Of a stretch of 64,000 nucleotides of DNA, positions 61,009-64,000 are shown one piece after another (within the stretch, counting starts at the first letter, position 1; each line of letters begins with the position of its first letter). The position numbers were made by a program, and so were the translations under genes. The DNA is from Eledone cirrhosa (taxonomy: Eukaryota). The stretch covers positions 311,922,001-311,986,000 of the forward strand of contig OZ024742.1 in the NCBI GenBank assembly GCA_964016885.1. The letters are read 5' to 3'. The notes below the pieces were generated by a model that saw only the letters and a list, made by a program, of their open reading frames with translations, was not told where the DNA came from and made no database searches.

Positions 61009-61570
61009 TTTATTTACTTTGTTCTTAACTCTGTAGCGGAGATTCATTTGGTCTCCTAGTTAGAATTTTAGTCTACGATTTCTGCTATACCATTTACGTG
61101 GTTTTGTCTTTGCGTGCTATTGTTCTCTACGCTCCACATATGACTTATTATCTTCGTTTTTTCGTTCATTGCCAGAGAACGTCTCTATGCACCACCTAAG
61201 AGAACATTAGTCTACGACCTCTTTTATACCATAAACGTGGTTTTGTCTTTGCGCGTAATTGTTTTTCACCGCTCCTATTAATGACGTATTATTCGTTTTT
61301 TCCCGTTCTTTGCCAGCGAACGTTACCACGAACCAAAGTATCGTCTTCCTGTCTTCCTCCGGTTGCAACGTTTTTTGAAATATCCAGTTCTGCGTTTACA
61401 GATTGACTTTGTTAGTTTCAGAAGATCCCGTTAAGGGTGAAAGCAGCGATTCTTTGCTTAAACTTTAATCTGCTATTTTAATAAATATTTGCTCTACGGT
61501 TCTTATATATTTGATATATATTTTCCTTATCGAGCCCTCTTTGGATTTTAGTCTTCAATTTTATTATTAT

Positions 61571-61636
<66 letters not shown>

Positions 61637-61669
61637 GGATTTAAATGGATACAGTTCAGTAAAAGGAAT

Positions 61670-61790
61670 TTATTGACACGTGTTTCAATAATAGTTATAT
61701 AACTTGAAAACAGCTGCTATCTACAAAGTATTAATTATGCAGACACTCAATATTGCAATGTTATTTTCAACTACCATTTCATCAGAATAA
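61670..61790 (-). ncRNA. Type I hammerhead ribozyme with an extended helix II, in the inverted arm of PLE family 2
   Basis: Minus strand UUAUU CUGAUGA AAUGGUAG-UUGAAAAUA...UGUUUUCAA..CUAUUAUU GAAA CACGUG UC^AAUAA. Confidence 0.72.
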
Positions 61791-62595
61791 TATCATTGAG
61801 AACTTGTTTGGTTTTTATAGAGAATATTAAGAGGGAGGAGTGAAGTTGTTAGAAGAATAGTTAAGGGAGTGGATAGAAATTTTTGATAGCAGTGGGTAAT
61901 TAGATTCCCATCTGTTATTTTGTTAGTTGAGTTTGACATTTTTTATAGAATATTCATTATTTGGCGTTGGTAGTATTGGTTGTTTTTCTAAATCTATCGA
62001 AGGATTAGAGATAGTAAAGATATGCCTGGTTGGTTTTGTGTTTGCACTTAATTCACATACAGACTTAAATTTTTCTTTCAAGTGTACGTATCCGTTCGCC
62101 CACACATACATATATGCGTATATATACTTATTTTTTTTAAAAACATACACATTCACACACATACATATATGTACACCTCTACAAATACATACACTCACAT
62201 ACACATACTTACATGCTCATACCTACATACATATATACCTGCACATATATATATATATATACATATATATATGTACATGCATACGCATTCATGTATATAC
62301 ACTTTCATACTCTACTTATCTTCATATACACACATATAGACACACACATATATACATACATACTCTTGTCCATGTGTATATATATATATATATATAAATA
62401 CACATATACATGAATACACATACATTTAATTATACACATCAAACATATATATATATATACACTCACCCACTTATTTACTTATTTGTATACATTTTCACAT
62501 ATATACATACATATGGTCGCTTTTAGACACATTCATTATAGCATATTCGCACCTATTCTCACCAGCATATTTATCCATTATTAGTGTGATAATTT

Positions 62596-63238
62596 ATAAG
62601 ACTGTCATACTCTACAGCGTTAAACCTTGAACAACACATAAAAAAGATTAATACTAGAAGGTTAAACGAAAACACTAAAAACTTAAGTACAAAGAGCACA
62701 AAAAAAAACAGTAGACAATACACTACAGAACATAAATAAACCACACCTAAGTTCGTCCGCAATACTACTCCAGAGTGAACCTAACTACAAAACCAACGTA
62801 CACAACTGTAACTGCACCTATTCTGACAACTGCCCCCTCGGCAATAACTGCCTTGAAAAAAATATCATCTATAAGTGTACCATTGAATCCGGAGGCAACG
62901 AGTGGTATTACGTGGGATCAACGGCAACATCGTTTAAATCTCGATTATATAGTCATTCTTACTCAATAAAACACAAGAGCCAAAGAAATGTAACAACTTT
63001 AGCAGAAAAAGCTTGGACGCTCAGGGATAGCGATCAAAAGTTTACCCTAAAATGGGAGAAATTAGCTAAAACCCAAAGCTTTTCCAGAAGCCAAAATTTC
63101 TGCAAATTATGTAATCTTGAGATTTATTACATAATCACACACAAGAAGAAATTGCTTAACAACAGAATTGAACGAACATTATTCTGCCGTCACCAAACTA
63201 AAACCCTTTTTTCCCACTACAAGCTGAATATTACATAA
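62596..63238 (+). pseudogene. PLE linker + GIY-YIG endonuclease remnant
   Basis: IRLSYSTALNLEQHI, then after a frameshift NCNCTYSDNCPLGNNCLEKNIIYKCTIESGGNEWYYVGSTATSFKSRLYSH..KW..CKLCNLE..LLNNRIE..CRH. Confidence 0.88.
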
Positions 63239-63682
63239 ACGAGGGACATCCTCCCAACTATACAAATCCTCAATCTAGTTAGAAAAATATAAAAACAATC
63301 ACTTCTCAACATATATATGTACTATTAATAACCTTAAATTATCACACTAATAATGGATAAATATGCTGGTGAGAATAGGTGCGAATATGCTATAATGAAT
63401 GTGTCTAAAAACGACCATATGAATGTATATATGAGAAAATGTATATAAATAAGTAAATAAGTGGGTGAGTGTATATATATATATATATATGTTTGATATG
63501 TATAATTAAATGTATGTGTATTCATGTATATGTGTATTTATATATATATATATATATATATACACATGGACAAGAGTATGTATGTATATATGGGTGTGTC
63601 TATATGTGTGTATATGAAGATAAGTAGAGTATGAAAGTGTATATACATGAATGCGTATGCATGTACATATATATATGTATAT

Positions 63683-63745
<63 letters not shown>

Positions 63746-64000
63746 AGGTATATATGTATGTAGGTATGAGCATGTAAGTATGTGTATGTGAGTGTATGTA
63801 TTTGTAGAGGTGTACATATATGTATGTGTGTGAATGTGTATGTTTTTAAAAAAAATAAGTATATATACGCATATATTTATGTGTGGGCGAACGGATACGT
63901 ACACTTGAAAGAAAAATTTAAGTCTGTATGTGAATTAAGTGCAAACACAAAACTAACCATACATATCTATACTATCTCTAATCGTTCGATAGATTTAGAA

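Larger units (their letters stand above)
61632..64000 (+). mobile_element. Second coding PLE family, 5'-truncated: inverted arm (about 61632-62596), GIY-YIG fragment, 3' arm from 63335 running out of the window
   Basis: 61986-62596 is the reverse complement of 63335-64000; coding remnant lies between the arms. Confidence 0.85.

Overview
Eukaryotic, AT-rich, microsatellite-dense DNA, most likely from an octopod cephalopod (judged only from a recalled octopus-type tRNA-derived SINE and the repeat landscape). Host genes: one internal SRCR-domain exon on + (522-691), and a complete five-coding-exon ESE-type (ELF3/EHF/ELF5-like) ETS factor on - (57979 to 36070, 531 aa, PNT + AT-hook + ETS), reconstructed by hand with consistent GT-AG phases. 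Most of the rest is mobile DNA: R4/Dong-like LINEs stacked in (TTA)n, a CRE fragment, an L1/Tx1 ORF2, RTE remnants, two Helitron-like elements, MITEs, a 1.9-kb foldback and many SINEs. The main signal is a Penelope-like element (PLE) / hammerhead-ribozyme (HHR) system inserted in (TA)n. It comprises an intact 819-aa RT + GIY-YIG PLE, a frameshifted copy, an ORF-less copy, a second PLE family, and two arrays of a 467-bp non-coding unit with one minimal type I HHR per unit (retrozyme-like). At least five further HHR-bearing non-autonomous families are present, several decayed. These elements share inverted-arm architecture, reused endpoints and palindromic helix III; three families have an ATGCAAAT octamer upstream of the ribozyme. 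All folds, alignments and clade calls were made by eye; nothing was computed or searched.
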